From: Paragordius varius
Lineage: Eukaryota > Animalia > Nematomorpha
DNA length: 64,000 nt
Direction: 5' to 3'
Assembly: GCA_964247055.1 (NCBI GenBank)
Contig: OZ176052.1
Location: forward strand, 7,068,001 to 7,132,000
The position numbers were made by a program, and so were the translations under genes. Shown one piece after another: positions 33,201 through 44,539 of the stretch. Below the pieces are notes generated by a model. It saw nothing but the letters and a program-made list of their open reading frames with translations, made no database searches and was not told the origin of the DNA. Positions within the stretch are counted from its first letter, which is position 1; every line of letters begins with the position of its first letter.

Positions 33201-36200
33201 TGAACTCTCTATGGTTTTAACTTCTTTGGTGTAAGCCCGTTTCTTAATGCCATAATAAGCCATGGCATTTTCATAGGCTGATCCAAGACCCAAATCAATT
33301 TCAACAGGGTACATTTTTGGATTGCTCTTATCTCCCGTTTTTTGCATTTGTATTTCAACATCATTGTCACTTTGTGTGTTTTCGGATTCATATTCATACG
33401 GATTACTGCCCATTATCAAAAAAAATGTTAAATGTTATATTATTGTTTGATATATGATAAAAATACTTTAAAATGGATTATATTTATTTTTAAGATAAAA
33501 TTTTTGATCATATGAAAAAAATCCAATCACAAAATATAAGATATAAAATAGTAAAAGCATAAATAAATTGATGTTGATTTGTTGAACAAGACTATCGAAA
33601 ACCAAAAAGCTCTGAGAAATTCCAAAATGTCTTGATTTTATTTATATTTGGATAATTTTCATATATATCTCCATCCTAAACTATGTTAATGCAATCCATG
33701 TCGTTCAAAAATGCTTTTTATAAAACGAGAATTTAATGTCGCTTATAACACGATTAAAACATGTGACAGATTTATAAATTGCTTGTAATCAAAACCATAA
33801 GTTAAAAAAGGCTTAATTCGATATAAAGGCCTCCTTGGCTGGATCATTTTTCATTAAATAAAAGCAGGGACCAGTTTTGGATGTTCTTCTGCAAAGTAAT
33901 CCAGATCACAAGGAGCATTTTTTTCACAAGAAGGGGCATGTGAAACATAGCCTCAACATATTACATCATGAATGTATTCTAAAGCTTATGCTAAACTTTA
34001 CATTAAAAATTTGAATCAATGTCACCTTATGGGAAAAAACGAATGAGATAAATCAACCTACTTACCTTAACAACATAATCATATGATTCGTTTCCAATTT
34101 TAGACGAGAAATGTGGGAGGCTATGGGGTCTCCAGCCTTTTTTGCTTGTTCAACACTGTCACAAAGTTCGGGCCAAGGCATTTGTGCTGCAAGACCACTT
34201 TGAATAATCTGCATGGCACGATCAATTATCTCAATATTGTATTCAATCAATTGAGCTAATCGTTCATTTTCTTCCTATTTTAAATTAAAATATTTTGCGA
34301 CCAATTTTTGCATATATGGGACGTGTATTAATAAATCGTTAATTTATTTATCGATATAAAAATCTAATGGGTCATTCGTTAGAGTAGACATAGATAGTAA
34401 AAAGATGCATTATTGCCTAATATTATTATTTGCTTTTTCCTGCTCTTAGCTAATAATGTTTGCTATGCATGCTAATTGGCAATATTTAAAAACAAAAAAC
34501 ATATTATTACTTTATATAAAGCGACTCAAAAAAATATTTTATTTGACTGTACTTTTGTCATCATAATCTTAGGTATAATACTTCAAACTATAGTTTGTTA
34601 TAAATGAAGGCTAAGGTTCTAAAATTCCAAGTACTAGAGATTTAAAAAATTTACAAACTTGTGCTTTCTTAAGCCCTTGGGTACGTGACTCATGATCTTT
34701 TTTGACATGATCCAATTTTTTGAGAGCCGTTTTTTGTTGTTGTTCAACTTTTTGTTCCTGTTTTTGCGTTTCTAATTTACTGTAAAATTCATCCACACAC
34801 TTATTGAAGGATTCAAACGTTTTATAAAGCGGTATAAGGGTATTGCACTTCTCAATATCTGTTTAATTGAAGATTTCATTAATTTACACTAAAAATGAAA
34901 TTATAAAGTTAAAATATAAAATAAAATAATAAAAAAACACATTTTTTAAACCTTGTATATGTAATATTTATCGTTTAAGGTTGGAAAACAAGAAACAAAG
35001 ATTTGAGTCAGTAACATAATTTATTAGTAATTCCAGAATTTTAATCATAACAGAATATAAAAGAAACATGATTGTCCTTATGAATGTTTTTTGCGTTTTG
35101 TTTTCTCATATATTTTTATCAATCGTTTTCTTGTTAATGTACATACCCGGTTCAGGTGTGTCGGATTTGTAAAGTTTTTCATACTGCTTAAATAACTCTG
35201 GCTCAAAATCTTCATAGATTACCAAGGGTTTTTTGTTTGGTAATGACGATGATTGCATCAACTCAGTATTTCGTTGATCAAGTTTGTAAAAGAGGTAACC
35301 CTTGATAGTATATATTAAACAATAATAATAATTTATAAAAAATTAATTATTTCTTATCCAACCATATATAATCTAAAACAAAATTTTTACATTGACGACA
35401 AGGATAAACCAGAAAATTATCTGAGGAGTTAATAATACGATTTCCGTCAATTAAATATAAAGAAATGCTTTATTATATTACCAAAGTTAAATGAAAAAAT
35501 ATAGGCAAATTTTTTTTAAACTTCAAATTAAAGAGAAGCTATTAATACCAATTAATTAAACAGTAATTTACATTTAATTAAAACTTAACAAACATTTAGA
35601 TTAATTAATTATAAAAGTATATATATTATACTTTATTAATACGTCGACCAGCTTGGTTAAATATCGTAGCGGCCAAATCAAGGGCCCCCTTTAATGGTTC
35701 CAAAATCTTTTTCAAGCTGTTGGATTCTGAATAATTTGTTTTTTCAGATATTTCATTGCTAATGCTTTCACTCCTATGATGATAAAATAATTTGGTTTGT
35801 GGATTGATTCCCATAGACAAAAGTGAATGTTCAATCAAAGCACTGCCATATGGTAGGTGTGGAATGGCCATTGTTATCAGCTTTTTCAAGGGGATAAAAT
35901 TGGGCAAGTTTGGGGCTAAACGTAGGAATAACGTTAAAATATAATGATGAATTAACAAATACAGTCAAATATCTTTTTGCAAATGAGGAGATACCGCGTG
36001 CTAATAATTTTTACAAATATTACAAAATTCATAAATATACACTCACTCGTGACAAAAAATAGAAAAAACAAAACTTTTTCTCCGAAAAAATCGGGAATAA
36101 ATGGGTATTATTCATTACACTGGACAACAAACTTTTCTGCCACTCGAGGTTTTGCTTATCTGATATTTACTATCCTAGTAACAGTAAATCTGAAAAAAAA

Positions 36201-39200
36201 ATTATATATCCACCTAAGAATTTTGTATATGTTTATGATTATGCGCACTCTTAATCAAATTTTACTAAAAAAAGTTTTACTTAAATATACATCAAATGCC
36301 CATTTGTAATATATCATTCGAAAGAGTAACGAAAATTCTATAATATGCATACTAAAATGTTTTACATCAATGGTTAATATTGGGTATAGGGAGAGACAAA
36401 CCCGCGAAGCGAGAGCGTTTTTCTTATTTAATATATTTTTTGAAACTAATGTATAAAAATAGCTTAAACTTTGTGTAGATGGCAATAAATGTCTTAAAAA
36501 GATAACACAAGAAAGCTTTTTTGATTAAAACACTTTAATGCTTTTATGTCACTCAAAACACAGCTATTTCTAATTCTTTGTTTTTAAAAAGATACCATAT
36601 CAATATAAATTGTTTTATTGAAAAGGCTTATAATTTCAAAAAGTATAAATATAGTTTAAGGTATTCTTGATCTTGTATAGCCTTATGTAATAAATTTACA
36701 GTTATATCTATGCATTTTAGTACCCACTAGGTGTAATGATTATAATAATTTTTTTAAAAAAAACCAAAAGCTTTTTCAAAGAATTTTAAATTTTTACCAA
36801 TGTACCCTAATATATATGTTAAAAACTTTATATGATTTTTTAATTAGTTTGTCAGTGATTATTGACTTATTTAATGGTGGAAAATTTTGACCATATAAAG
36901 CCATATAACATTTAAATCAGATCGTTTCAAATGCTACTATTTGAAATCAATTTTTTGCGTTTTTTCGAATGATATAAAATACATGTTTATAATCTAAAAC
37001 TTTTAATTTTAAACGAGTTTAATAGACCCTGATAATAATATTTTTTAGATATTCTATTTATGTAATCTAATGAAATAAATTTTAAATATACAAGTGTGGC
37101 ACTTAAAAAAATTCAAAATTTGTTGTCTAGTGTCATAAACATATGGGAAAAATCAGCGAAATTATTGCACCTAATTTTTATTTTTTTACAAAATTTTTAT
37201 TAAAATATTTAAATTACTAATGATGCATAAAAATCAAATTACTCACATTACCTTGATTAATACTCTTGAAAGGCTTTATTGCAGATTTCTGTGCATCAGG
37301 ATCGTTGGTGTCATTGGCAATAGCTTTAAAATAATCGCTTGAAACATGGTTAAACTCTTCCTCAATAATGGTTAAACTATCATTATAAAATATTATACAC
37401 AATTAAAATCCTATATATTATTATTAAATTTCTGAAAATAAAGGCGTAAAGATAGAAAGTGTCGTGCATCAAACACAGTCAATGCCAAGCTAAATATTCA
37501 ACATTACTATCGGTTAAAGTTTTAATAGATCTTTAAAAGAATTCTGGCACCATGCTAAATAAAATGGAAAAAAACTCTAATTATATGCAAGATAATCTCA
37601 TTTTTCTTGCGAATCTGTAAAAAAATTATTTAAACAAATCTTTATCTTCTAGTAAATGTATACATATGTTAGATAATTATAAAATAGCACAAATTTAATA
37701 TCATACAAACCTTTCATCCGGAGAGGGAATATTGTGCGTTAACGTTATTGTATGAAATGGATATATTTCGTTAACAGCATACTTGGTGTGTTCATCCAAA
37801 TTCCTTGGTCTTAAAAGCGACATTATTTTACCGGTGTGATCGGTTAGCATAATATTTCCCTATAGCGTATATTTTAATGCGTTAATTTCTTTGTAATGAA
37901 TAAATTCGAAAAAAAGGGATCCACAGGTTTTGCATCAATTAATTCATGATAGTAATATTTGCAAAATTAAATATGGTGAATATTGAGTTAATTAATTTTA
38001 AATTAAAATTGAGTCATAAAAATAGATAAAGAATCGTTTTTTAGATCCAAAATGGTTTCAAAAACAAATGGTTCCAGTTCGAGGTTTTTAATTTTGGGTC
38101 GATTCTATTGTCATGTTAACTTCATCATGCTTACATTCTTATGTTCTGCCAATAAAATTATTGTAATTTGGGAGAATATGGAAAATTTAAAATCTCGAAA
38201 AATTAATTATGAGTGACTGTTATGTTTAATAACTTAATTGTTTTTGTTAACTTAACTCAATTGATCTTATATTAATTACCTTATGAATATATAATGTTAT
38301 CCTTCTCTCTTACCTTTGTGCATAATACACCTTTGTCCTTGTTACGCTAAAAATGTATATTATCTTGGTTGTGAATGCTTTCACCTAAATACTGTAATAT
38401 TGAACCTTATGCAAAAATGCAACCTCGCTCTAATACTATATATAATGGAATATAATTTTTTATGGAACAATAAATTCCTTTTTTTCGCTTATTACAGTGA
38501 CCTATAGAGTAAGCTCGGTGAACCTTAACACGTATAATACTAAAAAAATAATCGTGGAAAGAAATTATGGAATCGAATGGCAAATCGAATCGGGATTTTA
38601 TAATACATAGTCAAAACCATAAGTAAAGACCTTATAAATCTAAACATGAAACCATTAATCCTAAAAGTAATAATTGTGTCTACCGTATCCAATGCTATAC
38701 GCCAAAAAAATTAATTGATTTTACAAAAAATTATTGTTATTTTATAAATATTTGGATAGTCGCAATATTTTTATTAATTTGAATTATTAATATTTATATG
38801 GTTACCAAAAAAACGGTTAGTAAAAATTTAATTTTATGTTTATATTATGTAAGGCGATATATCGTGCATAAAATTTATTAAAAAATGGTAATATGGTTCA
38901 AAATACGAAAACTGGCAAAAATGCTACCTATATTGACAATAATCAAATATTTCTATATCAAGGACCGTTAGAGGATCCAAAACTAGAATTTAGTATATGT
39001 CAAATGTCTCGTTGGTAACAAATCACAAATTAATGTTTTCCATATATTTTTTATAAACATAATTATTAAAATATATTTAAATAATTTTTTTGGAAAATTT
39101 ATACCCGATCATACAATTCAACAACTATGTGGAAAGCCAGGGAACCAGTTCCAAACTTAAAGTTTAACACACGATCGATACCAAGCATATCGACAGTTTC

Positions 39201-39530
39201 TAATCGCTTTTGTCGTACATGTTTACGCAACTAAAATTATTTAAATAAAACCTTCATTGCAAAACCAGACGGCATTAAATTCTTGGGCCATTCGAAATCG
39301 GTTAAATGCACGCGAATACCAGATTCGATCAAAAGAACTGCTTTATCATCTTGCCTTGAAATAAACTATAAAATATACTTGTGTAAACGAATCAAATATG
39401 TCTTTTTATCAACATCATATATATTTAGAACACGCATACCAACAATTCTATGGTATAAAGAATGAATATACCTGTTTTGCAATTCAAAAACTATGGATTG
39501 CAAATCAAAAGTTGTAAACCTATTTTTCAT
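24272..39530 (-). CDS. NEMF: Ribosome quality control subunit NEMF (Caliban/SDCCAG1/Rqc2), at least 22 exons
   Basis: Exons: 39530-39472, 39447-39379, 39354-39252, 39230-39105, 37859-37711, 37376-37252, 35915-35632, 35300-35147, 34858-34659, 34274-34066, 33405-33106, 32335-32154, 31654-31454, 31140-30876, 30784-30688, [unresolved small exons about 30650-30250], 30035-29865, 29802-29718, ~28402-28303, 28061-27916, 27848-27769, 24743-24563, 24390-24272. Motifs: [97 protein letters not shown]. The low-complexity region 28400-30700 is less certain. Confidence 0.93.
25184..27474 (+). mobile_element. RTE-clade non-LTR retrotransposon, 5'-truncated, antisense in the penultimate NEMF intron
   Basis: Candidate 6-bp TSD TTAGGT (25178-25183, 27475-27480) and (TAA)n tail immediately after the stop. 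The open frame starts in the C-terminus of the AP endonuclease ([24 protein letters not shown]) and runs uninterrupted through the RT. Confidence 0.92.
25273..27453 (+). CDS. RTE retrotransposon ORF (partial APE + reverse transcriptase), 726 aa open
   Basis: RT motifs [53 protein letters not shown]. There is no true ATG because the element is 5'-truncated. Confidence 0.85.
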   Translation: MKLVIDCKVVPNLEVSSQHNLLICKFFVKEKSKQSGSYSKRLKSIKWEKLSEKRQAFIKEIRLSEDGGLNGDWDKVSQLIKKAGTLVSGLKGGKSQVYREAWLYDERIILMSREKGKAFDKWRHTRNDDDRDKYKSLNKELKKLVGQVKKEKMNLFYDELNSKQGLNKVYKVAQQRNKRRMDLPGYATAIKGKDGSLLCENVEILKRWKEYFVSLDEGVGEIFLPNTVEATDRPIEAITQKEVESNLLEMPNNKAVGSDDININCWKVLGNSGLNFLERVFNKVVSTYEIPVEWKESLTVPLFKGKGDINECSNYRGIKLMSHTMKLFEKIIEKRIRKMISIKGNQFGFMPGKSTVDPIHAVRRLIEKHIEKKKELHGVLIDIEKAFDRIPRDTIWWSLRRKKVPESFIKLLQIMYESHTSRIKTPQGLSEPFSIKQGVYQGSSLSPLLFIICMDEVAKVVNVSSGWYLMYADDIIILSDSLIELKRTVNRWVVMLDQYGLKVNKAKTELITFGGPQHEMVVDDSWVLKGKESCKYLGAMLSADGSLTDDINLRIKSSWVNWKKISSVLCDRNIDVRVKGKIYSSVVQPSMMYNSQTWGVKKSEERQFNVTEMKMLRMMCGVTRKDRIENRFIRGSTDIKPIVERMSKNRLRWFGHIERRDSNYIAKIIDGYIVEGKRGRGRPITKWIDTVKRELAEYELNAEDAIDRVLWRERLYNMTALTSENM
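32675..32959. mobile_element. About 285-bp MITE, copy 2 of the TACCATTTACA family, in a NEMF intron
   Basis: Same termini and CAATTCAAATTCACC subrepeats as 3680-3970; TA-flanked. Confidence 0.8.
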
Positions 39531-39917
39531 GTTTTTCAAGCTGCGTAACACTTTTTAATACGGAGGCACATGGTCGAAAATCATGTGTGAACCATGTTGC
39601 TCAAAGCGGTGTACATATCTCAAAAAACTTTGCTCATTAGATCTGTTATTAATATTAGGACTATTATTGTATTTTTTTAAGTTTTAGGATTACGGCTATA
39701 GTATGATGCAATCAATTTATATTTCCGCACTATAAAAAAATTAAACCTTTTGTTTTCGCAAAGTGTTTCATAATAAAACAGAGTAATAATGCGGGAGAGG
39801 TATATAGAAAATAAATTAATAATTAGTATAAATATGAATTAATTTTTTTAAAATTATTTTTAAAGTGAATTTTAAAAAGGAATTAAAAAATTACAAGGGT
39901 GAATTGAGGTGTAAATA

Positions 39918-42900
39918 TAAGGTGACCAGACGTCCCGCTTTTGGCGGGACAGTCCCGCTTTTTCACACTTTGTCCCGCTTCCTGCTACGTTTTTAAATGT
40001 CCCGCTTTTTCACGATTATATAAAAAAAAATTTTTTTTAATACAAATAAATTTTTTTTGTCCGTTTAAATTTTTTATCATTAAATATCTTTAAAATCTAT
40101 TCAATTTTAAATTAAAAATATTTATTTTTTTTGAATTTATATCATGTGATTATACACTATACTTCCTACTACTACTGTCATTATTATCAAAAAGCCAAGT
40201 TAATACCACAAATCTCTAGATTAAAAGACAAATTGATACCACAAATCGGTACCTTACACGTTTATCACAGAAAATTAAGGTAATATAATATTTATTATAC
40301 TAATAGTAGTTTATAAATATGAGCACAAAAAGAGGTTGTAAATTCAACGATGAATTAATGAAGGATTTTCATTTTATTAAAAAAACGAAGAATGAATCAT
40401 TTGTTAAATGTCTTATATGCGAGGGGGAATTCACCCTAGCACATGGCGGCAAGCATGATATTACAAAGCATATGGAAACACAGAAACATAAAAAATGTTT
40501 AGATATGGCGGCATCATCTTACAAAATGAGCGTTTTTTTTGAAAAACCGCTTTTGGAGAGGAAGAAAAGAATTTGGCACTAGCTGAGGGCGTGTTATCTT
40601 TTCACGCCGTAATTCACAATCATTCCTTTAGATCTATGGACTGTACCTCACAGGTTATTCGCACGTTATTCCATAAAAAATTTACATGTGCCCGTACAAA
40701 GGCTGAAGCCATTGTGTGCAATGTCCTTTCGCCACATGCATTTTCTGAAATACAAAAAAATTTGCGGAAAATTAATTCCATATCGCTATACTCTGATGCA
40801 TCAAATCACCATGAAACAAAATTATTTCCCACTTTGATGAGATAGTTTGATTCAGAAACCGGAGTAAAAATTAAAATTTTAGATTTAATTTCCCTACCCG
40901 GTGAAAATTCCGAAATAATATTTACTTCAATAATGCATATTCTAGAAAAAAATAATTTAAAAGACAAAATTATCGCATATTAGGCTGACAACACCAATAC
41001 GAACTTTGGTGGAAAAGCAAGGGGAACAAATATTTTTCATAAATTAACAAATAATCTTAATTAAAACATTATTGGCGTTGGGTGTGCAGCGCATATAATA
41101 CACAACGCTATTCAAACAGCTGCTGATTTGTTACCCCTAGATGTGGAAAATGTAGTTGTTAAAATATATTCCTATTTTTATATAAAAACGGTACGTGTTG
41201 AAACGCTTAAAGAATTCTGTAATGCAGAAGTTCAATATCAAAAATGCTTGGATATTGTAAAACTCGTTGGTTAGCTTTTATGCCAGCTATCGAAAGAATT
41301 TTAAAAATGTATGATCCTTTAAAATCTTTTTTATTATCACAGGACAAATGTCCTACAATTTTAAAAAAGTTTTTTGAAAGTGATTGTTCAAAAATATGGT
41401 AGAATTCTTACATAATCAAGCTTCTCTCTTTCAAAATGTTATTAAATTTATAGAAGGTGACAAAATTTTGACAATCGAAGTAGCCAATGAAGTTAGTAAC
41501 CTAAAATTCCAATGTCAAGAACGGTTAGAAAATAATTTTATACCATTAACCATCCGCAATATAATAAATAATTAGAAAAACAAGGCTTAATAAATCGCCA
41601 AGATATCCTGTACCATATAAAAATGTTTTATACAAACTGTAAAGATTATTTGGAAGACTGGACGACGCAATTCAATGAAATTGATCATTTTCATTGGATA
41701 ACATTAAAATCAGAATTTAATTGGTGCGATGTTCAAAAATCATTTGATTATATCTGCTCCAAAAAATTACCAAAAAGTAATATTTCAGAAAATGATCTTT
41801 TTTCTAAAGTATTAGTTAAAAGATATATTAATAATGAAAAACTCAAATTATGGACAAAAGAAAATATACAGTAGAAAAGAAATGGTTGGAAATATTTCAT
41901 CATTTTGAAGCCAACTATATTACATACAATAATATTTTAAAAATTGTGGAATTCGCACTATCTTTACCTGGAACCAACGCTGCTACTGAGCGCGTTTTCT
42001 CCACAGTAAATCAGGTGTGGACATAGGAAAAATCAAATTTAAATGTTGAGACTTTAAAGGCCGTTTTATCTGTCAAATATAATTTGACAAATTCTTGTGA
42101 AGACTTCTACAATATTTTAAAAAATGATGACAATCTGCTAAAACGCATTCACTCAAACAAAAAATATACCAAAGAATAAAATATTTTCTTTAAAGTTTTT
42201 GTGTAAAAAAATAAACAAAATCACGTAAAATATTGTATAAGTCTTCATAATTTGTCAAATTATATTTGAACACACAAAATGGCTTTTATTCAACATTTAA
42301 ATTTGATTCCGTGTCCTTACTTAATTTACTGTGGAAAAACGCGTTCAATAGCAGTGGTTCAGGTAAAGATAATGCAAATTCTACAATTAAAATAATATTG
42401 TATGGAACATAATTTGTTTAAAAATGATTATTTTAACCATTTCTATCCTACGTATTTTTTTCTGTTGTCCATAATATAAGTTTTCATTCAATATATTTAT
42501 TTAATAATGAGACTTCATCAAAAAGTGTCATTATGCACCGTCTTGTCTTCCAAATAATCGTTTCTGTTTGTATAAAACATTTTTATATTCTGGCTATTCA
42601 TTGAGCCTTGTTTTTCTGGATGCTTTATAATATTGCGATTAGGTAATGGTTTAAAATTATTTTCTAACCTTTTTTGACTTGGAATTTTGACCTTTGTCCT
42701 GTGATAAAAAATAGGATTCTAGGAGATCACATTTTTATAAATATATCAATCGCTGGCAAAAGAGCTAACCAACAGTTCTACAATATTCAAGCATTTTAAC
42801 ATCTATATTTTCCACATGCAGGGGTAACAAATCAGTAGCTGTTTGAACGTTGTGTAGCTGCCAATAATGTTTTGATTAAGATTATTCGCTAAATTGTTAA

Positions 42901-43200
42901 AAATATTTTTGTGCCGCTTCTTGCATCACCCAGCGCACTTTGTGATGATTTCGTCTTTATTATTTTTTTCTAGAATATTAAAATCACTTCACCCTTTGTT
43001 CGTGCACATGGAAATTTATTGAATAAGGTACAAACAACCTGTGAGGTACAAATTTTTTTATATTTATAATGTATTTGTGTTAAAAATAAATAAATATTAC
43101 AATAAATTTTTTGTATAAAAATTTTTGGTTGTACCCCCCAATGACCCACCCCCTTCTCAGATTTGTCCCGCTTTTTCCTTCAAAAAATCTGGTCACCTTA
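39918..43200 (+). mobile_element. Full-length hAT (Blackjack-like) DNA transposon, 3283 bp
   Basis: Perfect 13-bp TIR TAAGGTGACCAGA. Perfect 8-bp TSD TGTAAATA (39910-39917, 43201-43208). Subterminal GTCCCGC repeats. Confidence 0.95.
40319..42180 (+). pseudogene. hAT transposase, disrupted by stops and frameshifts
   Basis: N-terminal zinc finger (KCLICEGEF..HGGKHDITKHMETQKH), SLYSDASNH (first catalytic D), DNTNTNFGG, GCAAH, KTRW-like segment and C-terminal dimerization domain (LSLPGTNAATERVFS). Split over several frames with in-frame TAG/TAA. Confidence 0.9.
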
Positions 43201-43599
43201 TGTAAATAGTATATAATTATAAAGATATGATAAAACTGACAGAAATCATAAAGTTAGTTATAAATTCATAAATCTGCATGCGCAGCAGGAATGAAAATCT
43301 TAAACTAAAAGTTCAACTTGACTTTGTCAAATGTTTACTTACGAAACAAATTATTGTTTCTATTACTCTTTTTTCTGGAATTTGAAAATTATTATCATTA
43401 AAAGTGGATTTAAGTGCAAATATTCTCTTGTTAATGTCTACTGTATAGGCATTTATTGATATATATGCTCGGTGGTAAATTCTCTTACTCTGAACCAATT
43501 TTTTGCTCCGCCCAGTTATAGATAAATATTCGCTATTTGTCATGTATTGGGGTTTGTTAGGGTTGAGTTTATACCCTATTCGATTGCTTCGTTTTCTAA

Positions 43600-44050
43600 T
43601 ATATTTAAAATGTTGTCGGCGAAGCGCAAATTATTGATTTCACATCCTATTCAAATTCCACCTGAATATTCTTCGATTGATCTCATTATGTTTTCAGAAT
43701 AAAAATTAAACCGTTATGGCGATAAATTGCAACCTGGTCCACTCCCCTTTCTATATTAATTGCATATCAGCGGTAATATTATTGTACCCCGATTTTACCA
43801 TAGACTGTGAATAATTTTATAACGTGTGCTGGTATGCGTTCCTTTTTTAGTTTCGAAAGTTTTTCATGATACACTCTATCAAAGGTCTGAAAGTAATTCA
43901 GAAAGCTAATATTCAAGTATATTCGTTGGATTTAAAGTTATTCCAATCCACCGCTGGCACAGTAGAGTTAAATCAAGGTTGCATTTTATCGCCATCATTG
44001 TTCGATTTTTATAGAATAGGAATCATTTAAACAATTTGTTACGGCCCATG
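43600..44050 (+). mobile_element. Degraded LINE reverse-transcriptase fragment
   Basis: Frame at about 43950-44010 reads VELNQGCILSPSLFDFY (RT QG..LSP.LF motif). The surroundings are broken. Confidence 0.45.
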
Positions 44051-44376
44051 AATCCTTCCGAGTACCACCACAATAAATATAAAATTAATCATAAATGATA
44101 AATTTATTTGATAATCATGGAAAAAATAAAACAAATTTTAGCAAATTTAGCTAAATTGTAGAAAATAAAATTTGCATTATAAAAAGTACTAATTGCATAT
44201 ATTTTTATAAAAATATATATATGATATAAATAATTGAGGTTGATTATGGTAAAATAGACAATATTGCGGGATAATATAATATAAATTTGTCAATGATCGC
44301 TAAAATAAGTGTATATAAATGAACTCCTATAAATGCAAATATCACTGCAAAAGCAAGTGGTATAAAAGCTGTTGAT

Positions 44377-44378
<2 letters not shown>

Positions 44379-44430
<52 letters not shown>
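44379..44430. repeat. (AT)n microsatellite, about 26 units
   Basis: Direct reading. Shorter (AT)n runs at about 23985-24010, 47008-47031 and 62700-62722. Confidence 0.95.
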
Positions 44431-44436
<6 letters not shown>

Positions 44437-44539
44437 TCGTCTTAAGTCATTGTTAAATAATAAAAATAAAGAAATATCAAATTAAAATATATATGGTGGA
44501 AGCTCTTTTATACTTAAACTACAAAATGTTTTTACGGGT

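Noticed and set aside
33600-39030. GC-elevated plus-strand open stretches in NEMF introns (about 33700-33990, 36063-36250, 38498-38720, 38880-39015; the last faintly CUB-like) and a shared TCAAAACCATAAGT 14-mer
   Set aside because: They are interrupted by stops. Open frames of about 60 codons and 14-mer matches are expected by chance in 64 kb of AT-rich DNA.
40319-42180. In-frame stops in the hAT transposase as a sign of stop-codon reassignment
   Set aside because: Frameshifts co-occur with the stops, and all host genes read cleanly with the standard code, so this is ordinary decay.
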